This document shows positions 10,932 to 22,324 of a stretch of 64,000 nucleotides of DNA, in pieces. The position numbers were made by a program, and so were the translations under genes. Every line of letters begins with the position of its first letter. Position 1 is the stretch's first letter. The notes below the pieces were generated by a model, which worked only from the letters and a program-made list of their open reading frames with translations, was not told the DNA's origin and made no database searches. The stretch is from Prorocentrum cordatum (lineage: Eukaryota): NCBI GenBank assembly GCA_963575745.1, contig CAUYUJ010000001.1:2790001-2854000 (forward strand), read 5' to 3'.

Positions 10932-13900
10932 CTCTGTTGAAGGCATCCCTGTGGGCTCGCACCAGTGGCCACTCCCGGGGGAGGTCATTCTTGCGCGTTG
11001 CCCGATCCTTCTCGTCCACGAACCCGGAGTGCGACTGGCCGGCGGGCCTGACCTGCATGGCCGCCCGGTCGGTGGCGCCAGACCCGTAGATGTCGTTCGA
11101 CCTGGAGGGGCGAAAATGGTAGCGACCTGGCGACTCCACGAACATCTCCAGGGGTGCGCTCTGACCAGGAAGCCCGAGGCGAAGCCAGCCGCCGCGACGA
11201 GGGAGGGGCAGCGGTGGCGGTCGCTTCCTGCCCCGAGGGACCTGCTTGGGCGCCCGAGTTATCCGGGGTAACTCGGGTCCGGGGTAACTCGGGTTTGGGT
11301 TCCCCAAAAACGAACCCGAGTTATCCCTGACCCGAGTTACCCCTGATGATTCGGGGCTCTGGACGCCCGAGTTATCCGGGGTAACTCGGGTCCGGGGTAA
11401 CTCGGGTTTGGGTTCCCGAAAAACGAACCCGAGTTATCCCTGACCCGAGTTACCCCTGATGACTCGGGGCTCTGGACGCCCGAGTTATCCGGGGTAACTC
11501 GGGTCCGGGGTAACTCGGGTTTGGGTTCCCGAGAAAGGAACCCGAGTTATCCCTGACCCGAGTTACCCCTGATGATTCGGGGCTCTGACCCGAGGGACCT
11601 GCGGTACATCGGCAGCGGGTGGAAGTCCCAGGGCTGCTGCCTCTGCAGCTCGGCCGTGCGCTTGGCCCACGACGGCACGGAGCTCGCCGCCGACCGCTGG
11701 CTCGCGGCCTCGCTCCGGCGGCTCCGCCCGCTGGCGCCGCTGGCGTTGGAGCGCCGGCTTGCGGCGCCGGGGCTCCCCAGCCGGCTCCCGGCCTCGGATC
11801 CCAGCACCTGACCAGCCTCGAGCTGATCTCACTATCCCGGAGACTGGCAAGCCCAGAGGCGATGACAATCTCAGGGACGCGCCCTCCGGGACTGGGGGAG
11901 TCCTCGAGATCCGCACCGGGGTTCAGGTGGCGCCAGTCATGGGAATGCGCCACCGTGTCGCTGGGCATGGAGTGGGCGTGTCCTCAGGTCCTGGGCCCAA
12001 TCCTCCTAGGCTCAGTCCTCACTCCTGAGGAGTCTTTGAGGGGCCTGGACCCCTCGCTCTCAAATCTTCTTGGGCTCGGCGCGTCTTCTCGCCTGACTCT
12101 TTCGGGCCCAAGAGGGCCCCAAGACGAGCCCAGAGGCCCCCAACCCACGCACGGTGGCGGGATGGGCCGAAGTTCACTAGACAGGAATAGGGATCGGCTT
12201 CGGGCTGGTAAGCACCGCGGAGCCAGCAGTAGGCAGCCTGGTGGACCTGCGCAGGGTGCCATACTCATGGCTCGGCAGCTCCGTGTACGTGGCCTGGCCC
12301 CTGGTGTCCCGGAAGCCGGGCTCGAGCCTGTTTGGCGGTACGCGCAAGGGGGTGGCGGCCCCTCCAAGGAGGCAGGGGCCTCCTGAAAAGCCCTCCCGGC
12401 TTTTAGAGACCTGAAAGGCCACCGGGCACTGTGGACCAAGAAGGCGCCTGCATTCGGGGAGGAGGAGGAGGAGGAGGAGGAGGAGGAGGAGGAGGAGGAG
12501 GAGGAGGAGAAGGAAGCATTCTCAGAAGGTCACCCCCCCTCTCCCGCCACCCCCATTGTGCACACCGCCGACCTGTGCTGGCGGACCCCCGTCTTCTCGT
12601 AGAACGCACCCTGGCGGATCGACGAGCCGGCGAGGACCTCCGGCGCCCGGTACACGCAGTCCGCGTTGCAGGGTACGCGCGCGCCGTAATTGGTGCCGCT
12701 GGTGGTCGAGAAGTCCCGCACAGACCTGGGGCCAGGGGCCTGGTGGGGGGCCAGAGACCCAGTCTCACTGCACCGACCTTGCAGACGTGCTGCAGCGGAT
12801 TTCTGCCAATGCAAAGCCCCGAAAGAGCGAGTGAAAAACGAAGTGAATTTCGCGTGGATTTGCTTAGTTTTCATTCCTGCCCCCCAAAAAACCGTACGAA
12901 ATTTACCTCGGAATCCAGAACGAAATTTTCCAGGACAAGCCGGGCCCATCCTATCGTTTTTCGAACGAAATCCGCTCTGAGATGTTGGCGCCATGACCAG
13001 CCAGAGTGGCACAAAGAGCACGACGGGATTGTTGTTGATCTTTTTCGGCCTCCGGGGGTCCTCGCCGTGCCCTGGGACCGTCAAGAAGCGACGCGCGATG
13101 AAGAACTAGCCCTATGGGGAAGGAGTCGGGGACTTCCGGAGACACCGTATTGAGAAATTCAAACCAATCGCATGTCTGGGGAGAGACATCTGCGCAACGT
13201 GTGCCTGCCTCCAGAAGCCAATCGGCTTGGGTTTTGAGCCATGGCTTGGTTCTCGGAACCGTTCGGTACGATCCCAGGCCCCTCAGGAGGCTCTCGACGA
13301 GGCGCAGCCGCAGGAAGGCACCCAGGGGCCATCGAGAGCCCTCAAGAGGTTCAGAAACCCTCACGAAGTTGTGAGGGAGAGTGGACTCCTGGACCTCCGA
13401 CGCCGCGTTTTCTTCACGAGCTGGTATCCCCGACGCTTCAACCACATCCACAGGGCCGATTTTTCGCCGCGGGGCAGTGCTCTGCGGGCGCGGCCCGAGA
13501 ACAGGCCCTATGCGTCGATCTTGTCATGGGAAAGATGCCCGTCGTCATTTTTGTCGGTATGCCCCGCGGCCTAACGTCCTCGTTACCGACCGCTCAGAGT
13601 CAGCCGCCAGACCCTCCTCGACGTCGTCCTGCCCAGCTTTTCTGGCTGCGCCCAGCCATGGCCGCGAGGGGCATGCCAGCATGCCCCCGATGCTCCACAG
13701 CGTTGAACAACTTCTGACCCCTTCCTCCTCGGATCTCCTCCGCCCGACCAGTAGGCCGCCAACCAGATACCGGCACAAGACCTGGGCCCAGACTGGACCT
13801 GGCCAGTGTCGGCGTTGCTTCTAGTTTGCGCGCCCTGATTCGAGGGCCCAGGTTGACCCCCTTAAGACCACCCCCACCCTCCACCCCGAGCTTCCCCTGC

Positions 13901-14485
13901 TGGAGTGTGCCCTGGCCTCGATCTCGGAGACGAACCTGGCCGTGGCCACGGAAAACGCCAGAGAAAACGCCCAACACAGTGGAGACCGACGCCCAAATCC
14001 ATTCCTCGAGGAGGAGGAGGCGGAGGAGGAGGCGGAGGAGGAGGAGAAGGGGGCGGAGGAGGCGGAGGAGGAGGAGGAGAAGGAGGAGGAGGAGGAGGAG
14101 GAGGAGGAGGAGGAAGATGAGGATGTGCATGTGAATGAGGTAGCACCTTTCTGCGGTAAAGCTAGCGAAGAAGATGAGGATGAGGAGGAGGCCCACTGAC
14201 CGTGGGCGGAACGGGGCTGGGCCCCTGGGCCGCGACCACGGGGGAACGGGGCGATGTTTGGGTTCCCCGCGCAGTAGAGCGTATCCATGTGACCGCGTAT
14301 CCACAAACTCGCGCCCCGAAGCCCAGACCGCGAGGGCGTGGATACGGACAAGCTCGCCCCTCGTGAACTGAGGGCTGGAGGGAAGGCTCTTTGGGGGGCC
14401 CCGCCGCCTTGGGGAACTGCCCGTGGACCAGCTCCCGCGTTTCGAAGCCCGACAGGTCGTACGGCGCCGCCACGCCGGCGGCCAT
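10932..14485 (-). CDS. Multi-exon gene of unknown function. Linked exons: 12725-12573, 12293-12247, 11982-11903, 11807-11599, 11101-10932. Probable first exon 14485-14408.
   Basis: Five exons of 153, 47, 80, 209 and 170 nt all have AG|G acceptors and AG|GT, AG|GA or AG|GC donors, and they join in phase: SVRDFSTTSGTNYGARVPCNADCVYRAPEVLAGSSIRQGAFYEKTGVRQHRPRTRSCRAMSMAPCAGHAHSMPSDTVAHSHDWRHLNPGADLEVLGSEAGSRLGSPGAASRRSNASG...VPSWAKRTAELQRQQPWDFHPLPMYRRSNDIYGSGATDRAAMQV...HRDAFNR. Codons are GC3-rich. The putative first exon MAAGVAAPYDLSGFETRELVHGQFPK has a gcgATGG context. Exons between 14408 and 12725 and the last exon are unresolved. Confidence 0.7.
11251..11592. repeat. Tandem array of three 113-bp internally palindromic units (intronic)
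   Basis: Units start at 11251, 11364 and 11477 and are near-identical. They are built from CCCGAGTTA(T/C)CC and its reverse complement GGTAACTCGGG. Confidence 0.95.
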
Positions 14486-14952
14486 CGCCGAGCCGCCCGC
14501 CTGCTGGCCAGATGGCCGAGTTCGGAGCGCCCCTCGAGCCTGGACGCCTATAGAGCCCGCTGCCGCGCCAGGCCACGTCGGGCCCCACATCGCTCGCTCT
14601 CTCTCTCTCTCTCTCGCGCTGGCACGTCCTGCGAAGCGGGGGTGATAACATCCGCCGCTCTGCGGTTGATCGGGAGTTTCTGTATGTATAGAAGAAGGGG
14701 CGCGCGCTTCTGGGCGAGAGGGAAACGACCGAGAGAAGAAGGGGCGGCCGCCCCACAGGACCTCTCCATGGTGCCGGAAGCCCATCAGGGCTCCCTCAGG
14801 GAGCCTCTCCCCCAGGGCCGGGGTTCCCTCGCCTGCCCCCTCCCCCTCCTCCTCCTCCTCCTCCTCCTCCTCCTCCTCCTCCTCCTCCTCCTCCTCCTCC
14901 TCCTCCTCCTTCGCCCCCGTCGGCATATCCAGGCGTGTTATGCAGTCAGGTC

Positions 14953-16339
14953 GTCCGTCCGGAAACGGTGCCGGAGGCCGCTCTGGGCTCCTCTGGGCAT
15001 CCCCCCCGGGGCCCGTTTTGTGAGGATGTCTCAGGCGAGGGCGCCGGTTTGGGATTCGTCACCGGATCCAGCGGATCCAGCGGATCCAGCGGATCCGTCC
15101 GGAAACGGTGCCGGAGGCCGCTCTGGGCTCCTCTGGGCATCCCCCCCGGGGCCCGTTTTGTGAGGATGTCTCAGGCGAGGGCGCCGGTTTGGGATTCGTC
15201 ACCGGATCCAGCGGATCCAGCGGATCCGTCCGGAAACGGTGCCGGAGGCCGCTCTGGGCTCCTCTGGGCATCCCCCCCGGGGCCCGTTTTGTGAGGATGT
15301 CTCAGGCGAGGGCGCCGGTTTGGGATTCGTCACCGGATCCAGCGGATCCAGCGGATCCGTCCGGAAACGGTGCCGGAGGCCGCTCTGGGCTCCTCTGGGC
15401 ATCCCCCCCGGGGCCCGTTTTGTGAGGATGTCTCAGGCGAGGGCGCCGGTTTGGGATTCGTCACCGGATCCAGCGGATCCAGCGGATCCGTCCGGAAACG
15501 GTGCCGGAGGCCGCTCTGGGCTCCTCTGGGCATCCCCCCCGGGGCCCGTTTTGTGAGGATGTCTCAGGCGAGGGCGCCGGTTTGGGATTCGTCACCGGAT
15601 CCAGCGGATCCAGCGGATCCGTCCGGAAACGGTGCCGGAGGCCGCTCTGGGCTCCTCTGGGCATCCCCCCCGGGGCCCGTTTTGTGAGGATGTCTCAGGC
15701 GAGGGCGCCGGTTTGGGATTCGTCACCGGATCCAGCGGATCCAGCGGATCCAGCGGATCCGTCCGGAAACGGTGCCGGAGGCCGCTCTGGGCTCCTCTGG
15801 GCATCCCCCCCGGGGCCCGTTTTGTGAGGATGTCTCAGGCGAGGGCGCCGGTTTGGGATTCGTCACCGGATCCAGCGGATCCAGCGGATCCAGCGGATCC
15901 GTCCGGAAACGGTGCCGGAGGCCGCTCTGGGCTCCTCTGGGCATCCCCCCCGGGGCCCGTTTTGTGAGGATGTCTCAGGCGAGGGCGCCGGTTTGGGATT
16001 CGTCACCGGATCCAGCGGATCCAGCGGATCCAGCGGATCCGTCCGGAAACGGTGCCGGAGGCCGCTCTGGGCTCCTCTGGGCATCCCCCCCGGGGCCCGT
16101 TTTGTGAGGATGTCTCAGGCGAGGGCGCCGGTTTGGGATTCGTCACCGGATCCAGCGGATCCAGCGTCCGGAAACGGTGCCGGAGGCCGCTCTGGGCTCC
16201 TCTGGGCATCCCCCCCGGGGCCCGTTTTGTGAGGATGTCTCAGGCGAGGGCGCCGGTTTGGGATTCGTCACCGGATCCAGCGGATCCAGCGGATCCAGCG
16301 GATCCGTCCGGAAACGGTGCCGGAGGCCGCTCTGGGCTC
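14953..16339. repeat. Minisatellite of 10 full units plus a partial unit, 125/131/140 bp
   Basis: CCGGAAACGG anchors at 14959, 15099, 15230, 15361, 15492, 15623, 15763, 15903, 16043, 16168 and 16308. Units differ almost only within the nested 9-mer GCGGATCCA block. Confidence 0.97.
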
Positions 16340-17389
16340 GTGCTCTTCGCGCCGGGGGTGAGGATGACGTGAGTTCCACAGAAACTCCCTCAAATGAGGC
16401 GTGAGCCCGGACAAGAAGCCCACGGCGTCGCGTCGTAGGGGGACGGTCGGGTACTCGGGGTCCCAAGGCGTCCGGGTCGCACCGTGGCGCGCGCACCAGG
16501 CGGGGGTCGGCGCGGATACCCCGGTTTCGTGTCGCGTCGACCCCAGAGGGGGGGGAGCGAACAAAAAATCCGACTCGGGTGAGCCGGCCCGAAGGCGCTT
16601 CACGGTGCATCGGCAGCTGAAGCCGAAGCCAGAAGCTGAAATGCACAGAGACATGGAGAGGGCCCACCCTGCAAAATTGGTTGACAGCACATCGTTGAGC
16701 GGTGCTGCAGCCTCCCCTGAGCACAGACCCGCCCGAGCATCAGCCAAGCTAGTCGGGTTTGCACCCTCATGCCTTGCTGGACTCTGGGCGCGTTTCGACA
16801 CTGCCACTGCCGCCGTCATCCCCTCGTCAGGGCCACCGACTCGGGTGACAGCGACGGCGACAGTGGCGGTGGTCGACGCGTCCAAGCCTGGCGTTGGTTC
16901 CTCACACCGCGGGGATCGTTCAGCCTTGAACGATCGGCCGTTTCCGAAACGTCAGCTCGTTCACCATCGACCGATTCTGGGTAACCAACGGCGTTCAACG
17001 ATGAGCGCCCGCGACGGGGTCGCCGCCGCTCGACACGACGCGAACCTACCGAACGTGATTGGTGGCGCGGGACAGATGGCGCCCACGGATCGCCTCTGCC
17101 TTGAGCTGGCGTGCTCGAGCACTGAGCACGAGGCAAGCCCCTCGATCCCACCCGTGGCTGTGCGGGGCGCGGGGTGGGCGGGTGCGCGTGCGCCTAGTTT
17201 TGGAATAGGACGGGGCGTGGCCTTACAACATCGGGGAAACTGAAGCCCTAAACAGAACACCAAAACACCCATACAAACTGGAACCGAACCGAAAACTGCA
17301 CAAGCGAGAACTCCAAACGAAACAAAACAATTTCTCCGGGCGAAAGACACGACCAGATGCAGGTGTGAGTACAGTCATTGCGGATATCG

Positions 17390-18290
17390 CCTTCGGGGGA
17401 TCACCTCATGGGGCCATGAAACATGCGAAGGGTGTGCCGATGGGGCCACCATGTGGGCGCTGCCACTGGTGCTTTAGGCGGAACCCGCTACGGGGCCGCG
17501 AAACGTGCGAGGGGTGCGCAGCAATGAAGCGGGGCCGCCACTCGGGTCCTTCGGAGGAGCGCCCTATGGAACCACGAAGCGCTGTACTAGGTGGGGGAAG
17601 CGTGTGCGAACACCGCAACCGGTGCCTTCGGTGGAGCTGCCTATGGGGCCACGAAGCGCTGGACTGGGTGGGGGACCTGCATGCGAACGCCGCCGCTTGG
17701 GCTTTCGGTGGAGCTCCCTATGGGGCCATGGAGCGATGCACTGGCTGGGGGAAACGTATGCGAACACCTCCACTGGGGCCTGGGGTGGCGCTCCCTCTGG
17801 GACCACGAAACGCTGTACTGGGCGGGGAACTTGCATGCGAGCTCAGCCACTGGGGCCTTCTGTGAAGCTCTCTACAGGGCCACGAAACGCTGTACTGGGT
17901 GGGTGAACCGCATGCGAGCTCAGCCACTGGGGCCTTCGGTGGAGCTCCCTATGCGGCAACGAAGCGCTGTACTGGGTGGGGGAACTGCATGCGAACGCCG
18001 CCGCTTGGGCGTTCGGTGGAGCTCCTTATCGGACCATGGAGCGATGCACTGGCTGGGGGAAACGTATGCGAACACCGCCACTGGGGCCTGGGGTGGAGCT
18101 TCCTATGGGGCCACGAAGCGCAGTACTGGGTGGGGGAACCACATGCGAGCTCAGCCACTGGGGCCTTCGGTGGTGCTCCCTATGGTGCCAGGAGGCGCTG
18201 TACTGGGTGGGGGAACCGCATGCGAGCTCAGCCACTGGGGCCTTCGTGGAGCTCCCTATTGTGCCAGGAGGCGCTGTATTGGATGGGGGA
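17390..18290. repeat. Diverged 77-bp tandem repeat (about 12 monomers) with a 308-bp higher-order duplication
   Basis: Consensus is approximately GGGCCTTCGGTGGAGCTCCCTATGGGGCCACGAAGCGCTGTACTGGGTGGGGGAACCGCATGCGAGCTCAGCCACTG. Near-identical ORFs at 17641 and 17949 are offset by 308 bp (4 x 77). Confidence 0.9.
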
Positions 18291-18804
18291 GACACATACT
18301 GATGAGGGGAGGAGGGAAGAGGAGGAGAAGGAGAGGTTGGAGACGCGGGGCGCTGGCTTCTCAAAACGAGGATCCAATTCTACATAATGGTTGGAACAAG
18401 AACACGAGCCCCAAACTAATCACAAGCATCGATCTTGAAAACGGGACGAAGGAACGCTCCTAACGTTCTAAACATTATCCAAAAGTGTGGCCAGCGGACA
18501 AGCCTCGGCTCTGCGCAATGGGGACAACGGCTCGAGCCGGAAAGCACGGCCTGGCAATTCGAGAGCGCCGGGCGGGCCAGCCTGCCGCAAGCGAGCGTCT
18601 GGACGTGGCGTGAGCAGCGTGCGTTACTGCCGCGCGGCTCCTGCGCAGCACCTGCTGGGCCCTCACTGTGAATCACATGGGGGAAAATCCGCAACCGCGC
18701 TTGCAGCGATAGGTGCGCGTCGGGCCCTCTCGCTCCTTGCGACGCAGTAATTGAATGGCCCCCCGCCGACGCATCGAGCCCAAGATGCGCTTGTTGTTAT
18801 GATG

Positions 18805-18954
18805 GGGGGCCTCACGCGAACCCTGACCCTACCCCCCACTATTTCTGAGGGGGAGGGTGGGGTTCACTTCGCTCGGGAGCTCCGGAACGAAGTGAACCCC
18901 ACCCTGCCCCTCATAAACCGTGGGGGGTAGGGGTAGGGTTCGCGTGAGGCACCC
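18805..18954. mobile_element. Foldback/MITE-like ~150-bp imperfect palindrome
   Basis: Left arm GCCTCACGCGAACCCT...GGGTGGGGTTCACTTCG pairs with right arm CGAAGTGAACCCCACCC...AGGGTTCGCGTGAGGC. TATGAT occurs on both flanks. Confidence 0.8.
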
Positions 18955-20029
18955 TATATGATCAGGAGGAGAAGAGGATGAGCCGGATGCGGGGAAGCAC
19001 GGAGGGGGAGGAGGACAAGAAAGAATGCTGAGGACGCGGACAGTTATGCGGGATGCTTTGATATCCACGGCCAATGACTCCAATCAGATGGGGCGAAAGG
19101 TCGACAAACACCGACAGCCAACTCCAGGTCTCTTCGGATGGTGTTGCAAGGGAGGCGTGGGGGATGCGATGAGGGAGGAGCCCGCTGGCCGCAGCGCCCG
19201 TGCCCTGCCGCCACGTCTGTGTACACAGGGCCGGCACCCCGCTCGGCCGAGGGGCAACGCGAGGGGGGGAGGGCACCGGCTCGGGGGGGAAACGTCGACC
19301 TGGAGGCGGCGACAAATCGACGATAGGTCGGCGATGGGCCCCAGGCGGCGAATCCGCATGTGCCTGGGCAGGGAAGGCTATCGGGCCCCTGTGGGCGAGG
19401 AACGGGGGATCGGGACTCGACACTTCCCCCCCTGAGCTTCCCCCCCCTGACGTTGCTCCTGAGAGGCAGGTCACAGCACCACGGCGAGGCCGCAGGCGGC
19501 GCCCAGAACGGCGGGCGCGGCGGGCGCGGCCAGCGCACCTGGCGCCTCTGGCGCAGCTGGCGCCGTCGGCGCGGCGGCTTCGGAGATGGCTCGCACCAGG
19601 CAGGCTGCCCCGTGGATGATGGGTCCCATGGTCTCCATGTCGTCGGCCACGGCTGCCACGTGTCCCGTCCAGGAGCGCAGCCAGGCGAGGTTCCTCAAGT
19701 AGCACCGCCCCATCGGTGTCGTCGCGCGCTCGCCCATGTTCCAGTAGTACGCGCAGGTCGCCCCAGCCAGCACACCCACAGCGGCCCACCGCCGCTTGAG
19801 GCGGCCATCCCGGTGCCTGTACCACTGCCGCAGCCAGCGCCGCCACTCCCGCAGCTAGCCGAAGAACGGACAAACTGCCTACGAAACAGATCCGTTCGGA
19901 ACTCCGCGCCGACATCTTGGATCGGAGCTGGGCCGCCCTGCCTGGCGCGCGGAGCGCGCCAGGGGCGGCGCTGAAGGCGCCGCCGGGGTGGTCCAGCGCA
20001 GATCCAAGAGATCCGCGCGAAGCTCAGAA

Positions 20030-20310
20030 AAACTGATGTCTCCACAATTTGTTCTTCTTCAAACTCGGCCATCTCCTCCTCCAGCCGCTGCTGCAGGGAC
20101 ACGAACTTGCGCATCTCCTCCTCGTGTTCCCGCTCGACCTGCCTCTGCAGCAGCTCCAGGTGGCGGTGCTCCTCCGCGCGCTCCTGCTCCAGCCGCGCCA
20201 CCTGCAGCCGCAGCTGGGCCGCCGTGCGCGTGAGGGGACAATTTCCCTGGCACCTCCTGACGATCTCCTCGATGAGTTGGACGACGCCAACCGTGTGCCA
20301 GACCAGTTTC
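20030..20310 (-). CDS. Possible coiled-coil coding fragment (exon or relic)
   Basis: GC3-rich frame reading QLIEEIVRRCQGNCPLTRTAAQLRLQVARLEQERAEEHRHLELLQRQVEREHEEEMRKFVSLQQRLEEEMAEFEEEQ. A second GC3-rich block at 19471-19779 may belong to it. No family was recognised. Confidence 0.35.
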
Positions 20311-20312
20311 GG

Positions 20313-20489
20313 CTAGACGCAAGAGTGACTCTGGGCAAGAGTGACCTTTGGTGCGCGGCTCCTTGGGGGCCGCGGGGGGGCTCAAACCACGCGCGCAATA
20401 CGCCACTGCCGCCTCGCGTTCGGCGACTGGGGGACCTCAGTGGGCCCGCACCAAAGGTCACTCCGGCGAAAGGTCACTATTACGCCTAG
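20313..20489. mobile_element. 177-bp MITE-like element bounded by CTAG
   Basis: Left end CTAGACGCAAGAGTGACTCTGGGCAAGAGTGACCTTTGGTGCG versus reverse complement of the right end CTAGGCGTAATAGTGACCTTTCGCCGGAGTGACCTTTGGTGCG. Confidence 0.75.
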
Positions 20490-20510
20490 TTGACACTTCG
20501 ATGCACGCTT

Positions 20511-20707
20511 CTCGGGTCGGGCGAAAGGGGGGGATAGCAAAGGGTGGGTTTGAGAATCAGCTCACGTAGCTGATTTTCCTGGCGCCTCCCGTCGCCGGAG
20601 GCGGCTGTGTATCGAGGAATGGGCCCCTCGGTGAGGCCGAAACCAGCTGCATGCCACGAATTTCGTACCCCCCCCTTTCCCAATCCCCCCCTTTCGTACG
20701 GCCCGAG
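20511..20707. mobile_element. 197-bp MITE, copy 1 (3-bp TSD CTT)
   Basis: TIRs CTCGGGTCGGGCGAAAGGGGGGGA and TCCCCCCCTTTCGTACGGCCCGAG, with CTT on both flanks. A highly similar copy lies at 23218-23414. Confidence 0.88.
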
Positions 20708-21143
20708 CTTCCGCGCGTGATGGCACGCTCGGCAGCGTGCAGCGAGCTGCGGCCGGGAGCCTCCGCCCCGCGCGCCGCGGCGGCGGACCCGGCGACACGC
20801 CGGGCCTCGCGAGCGGACCGCGCGTCGCGGCCGCTGCGGGGGCGGGCGGCTGGGAAGGGCGCGTCGCTCCGCCCCGCGGAGCGGACCGCGTGACGCTCCG
20901 CTCCGGGGGCGTGGACGCTCGGAGGGCGAGCTGGGGAGCGTGGGCTCGGGACGCACGCTGGCCGTCGACGAGGAGGAGGAGGAGGAGGAGGAGGAGGAGG
21001 AGGAGGAGGAGGAGGACGAAGAGGAGAGGGTGGACAGCGTGCCGCGGCGAAGCGAGGTGGGCCCGGAAGCGGCGGCACGACACGCGCAGCCAGAGCTCCT
21101 CATCGAAATCTGGCATCGAGGCCTCCCAGATGGGGTCCGAGTA

Positions 21144-21331
21144 CGGCAGGTTCGTGTCGTGCCGACCCCAGCGTTGGTTTTTGACACCGCAGGGATCGTT
21201 CAACCTTGAACGATCGGCCGCTGCCGCAACGTCCAATCGTTCCACATCGAACGATTCTGGGCCGCCGGCGGCGTTCAACCTTGAACGCCCGCGCTGGGGT
21301 CGCCGCTGGTCGACACGACGCAAACCTACCG
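21144..21331. mobile_element. 188-bp MITE with TA target duplication and three internal hairpins
   Basis: Ends read TA|CGGCAGGTT...AACCTACCG|TA. The empty site CCGAGTAGATGGGG is visible in the relative near 41125. A diverged copy lies at about 16870-17050. Confidence 0.8.
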
Positions 21332-21481
21332 TAGGTGGGGTGGTGGGTTCGGAGGATCGCGCCGCATCGCTGGGGCATCTGCGATGCGCTGCCGATGCAT
21401 CAGCGATGCATCGGCGATGCATCGGCGATGCATCGGCGACGCCGGCGGTGCATCGGCGACGCCAGCGCGCGCGGAGCAGAT

Positions 21482-22324
21482 CCGCCGACCCCTTGGGGTC
21501 ACCGACGGCGTGCGAGATGCTCCCCCCTCCCCAGACCCCTCCCCCGGGAGCCCGGTCAGGCCGGTTTGGAGGGAGGGGGGGGCAGGGGGCGGGGGGGGGG
21601 GGGGGCAAAAGTGCCGGCCGCGCCCTTGGAGGCTCAAGGGGCCCCAAAACGGGCCAAGAGGGCCCCAAAAGGCCCCCTGGACAGTCCAAGAGGGCTACGA
21701 GTCGCCGAAAGATCGCTCCAAGACGCCCAAGATTGCCCCCAGACGGCCCAGAGGCCCCCTAGACGCCCCAAGAAGCCACCAAGAGGCGTCCCGAGAAGCC
21801 CTCCAGAAGCAAAAGTCGTCCAGTTCCCGAACGAACAAATAAATTTGTAGCGCATTCGCCTCTTGGGCTTTCACAAGGCCCACAACGGCCCAAGAAGCCT
21901 TCAAGATCGACCCAAGATATCACAAGAGGCCCCCAGGAGGGCCTCAAGACGGCCCCAGAAGCCTCCAAAACGGCCCAGGAGAGCCCCAGGACGGCCCCAA
22001 GAGGAGGCCCAGAGGGGAAACCCGAATGGACATTTTTCGAGCACTCGGCCCCAACAAAAACCTGAGGAGGCGCCAAGAGACACCCAAGAGGCTCCCACGA
22101 GGCCCTCGAGAGGCCCAAAAGAGGCCCCTAGAGGCCTCAACACTGCTCCCAAGAGGCTTCAAAAAGCTGCTAGGAGAGCCCAGGGAAGCCCAAGAACAGA
22201 GCCGCGATCCGCCACCCGCCCCCCACGAAACCTCAAGAAGCTGAATCTCCAAGATTCCCCAGAAATCGCGCGCGTTCCGCAAACTCCGCTTTTCACTCTT
22301 ACTGCCGCCCCAAGGGGTCGGCGG
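21482..22324. mobile_element. 843-bp non-autonomous TIR element carrying GGCCCCAAGAG repeats
   Basis: Perfect 17-bp TIR: CCGCCGACCCCTTGGGG (21482-21498) and CCCCAAGGGGTCGGCGG (22308-22324). Confidence 0.75.

Noticed and set aside
14953..16339. CRISPR-like regular array or cloning polylinker
   Set aside because: There are no unique spacers (whole units repeat) and no cas genes. The palindromic sites are not in a recognisable vector context.
16401..17243. 280-aa plus-strand ORF
   Set aside because: It overlaps a MITE-derived sequence and has no recognisable domain or codon bias.
21144..21331. tRNA gene, suggested by the cloverleaf shape
   Set aside because: It is far too long, lacks proper A/B boxes and an anticodon arm, and has TIRs and a TA duplication.
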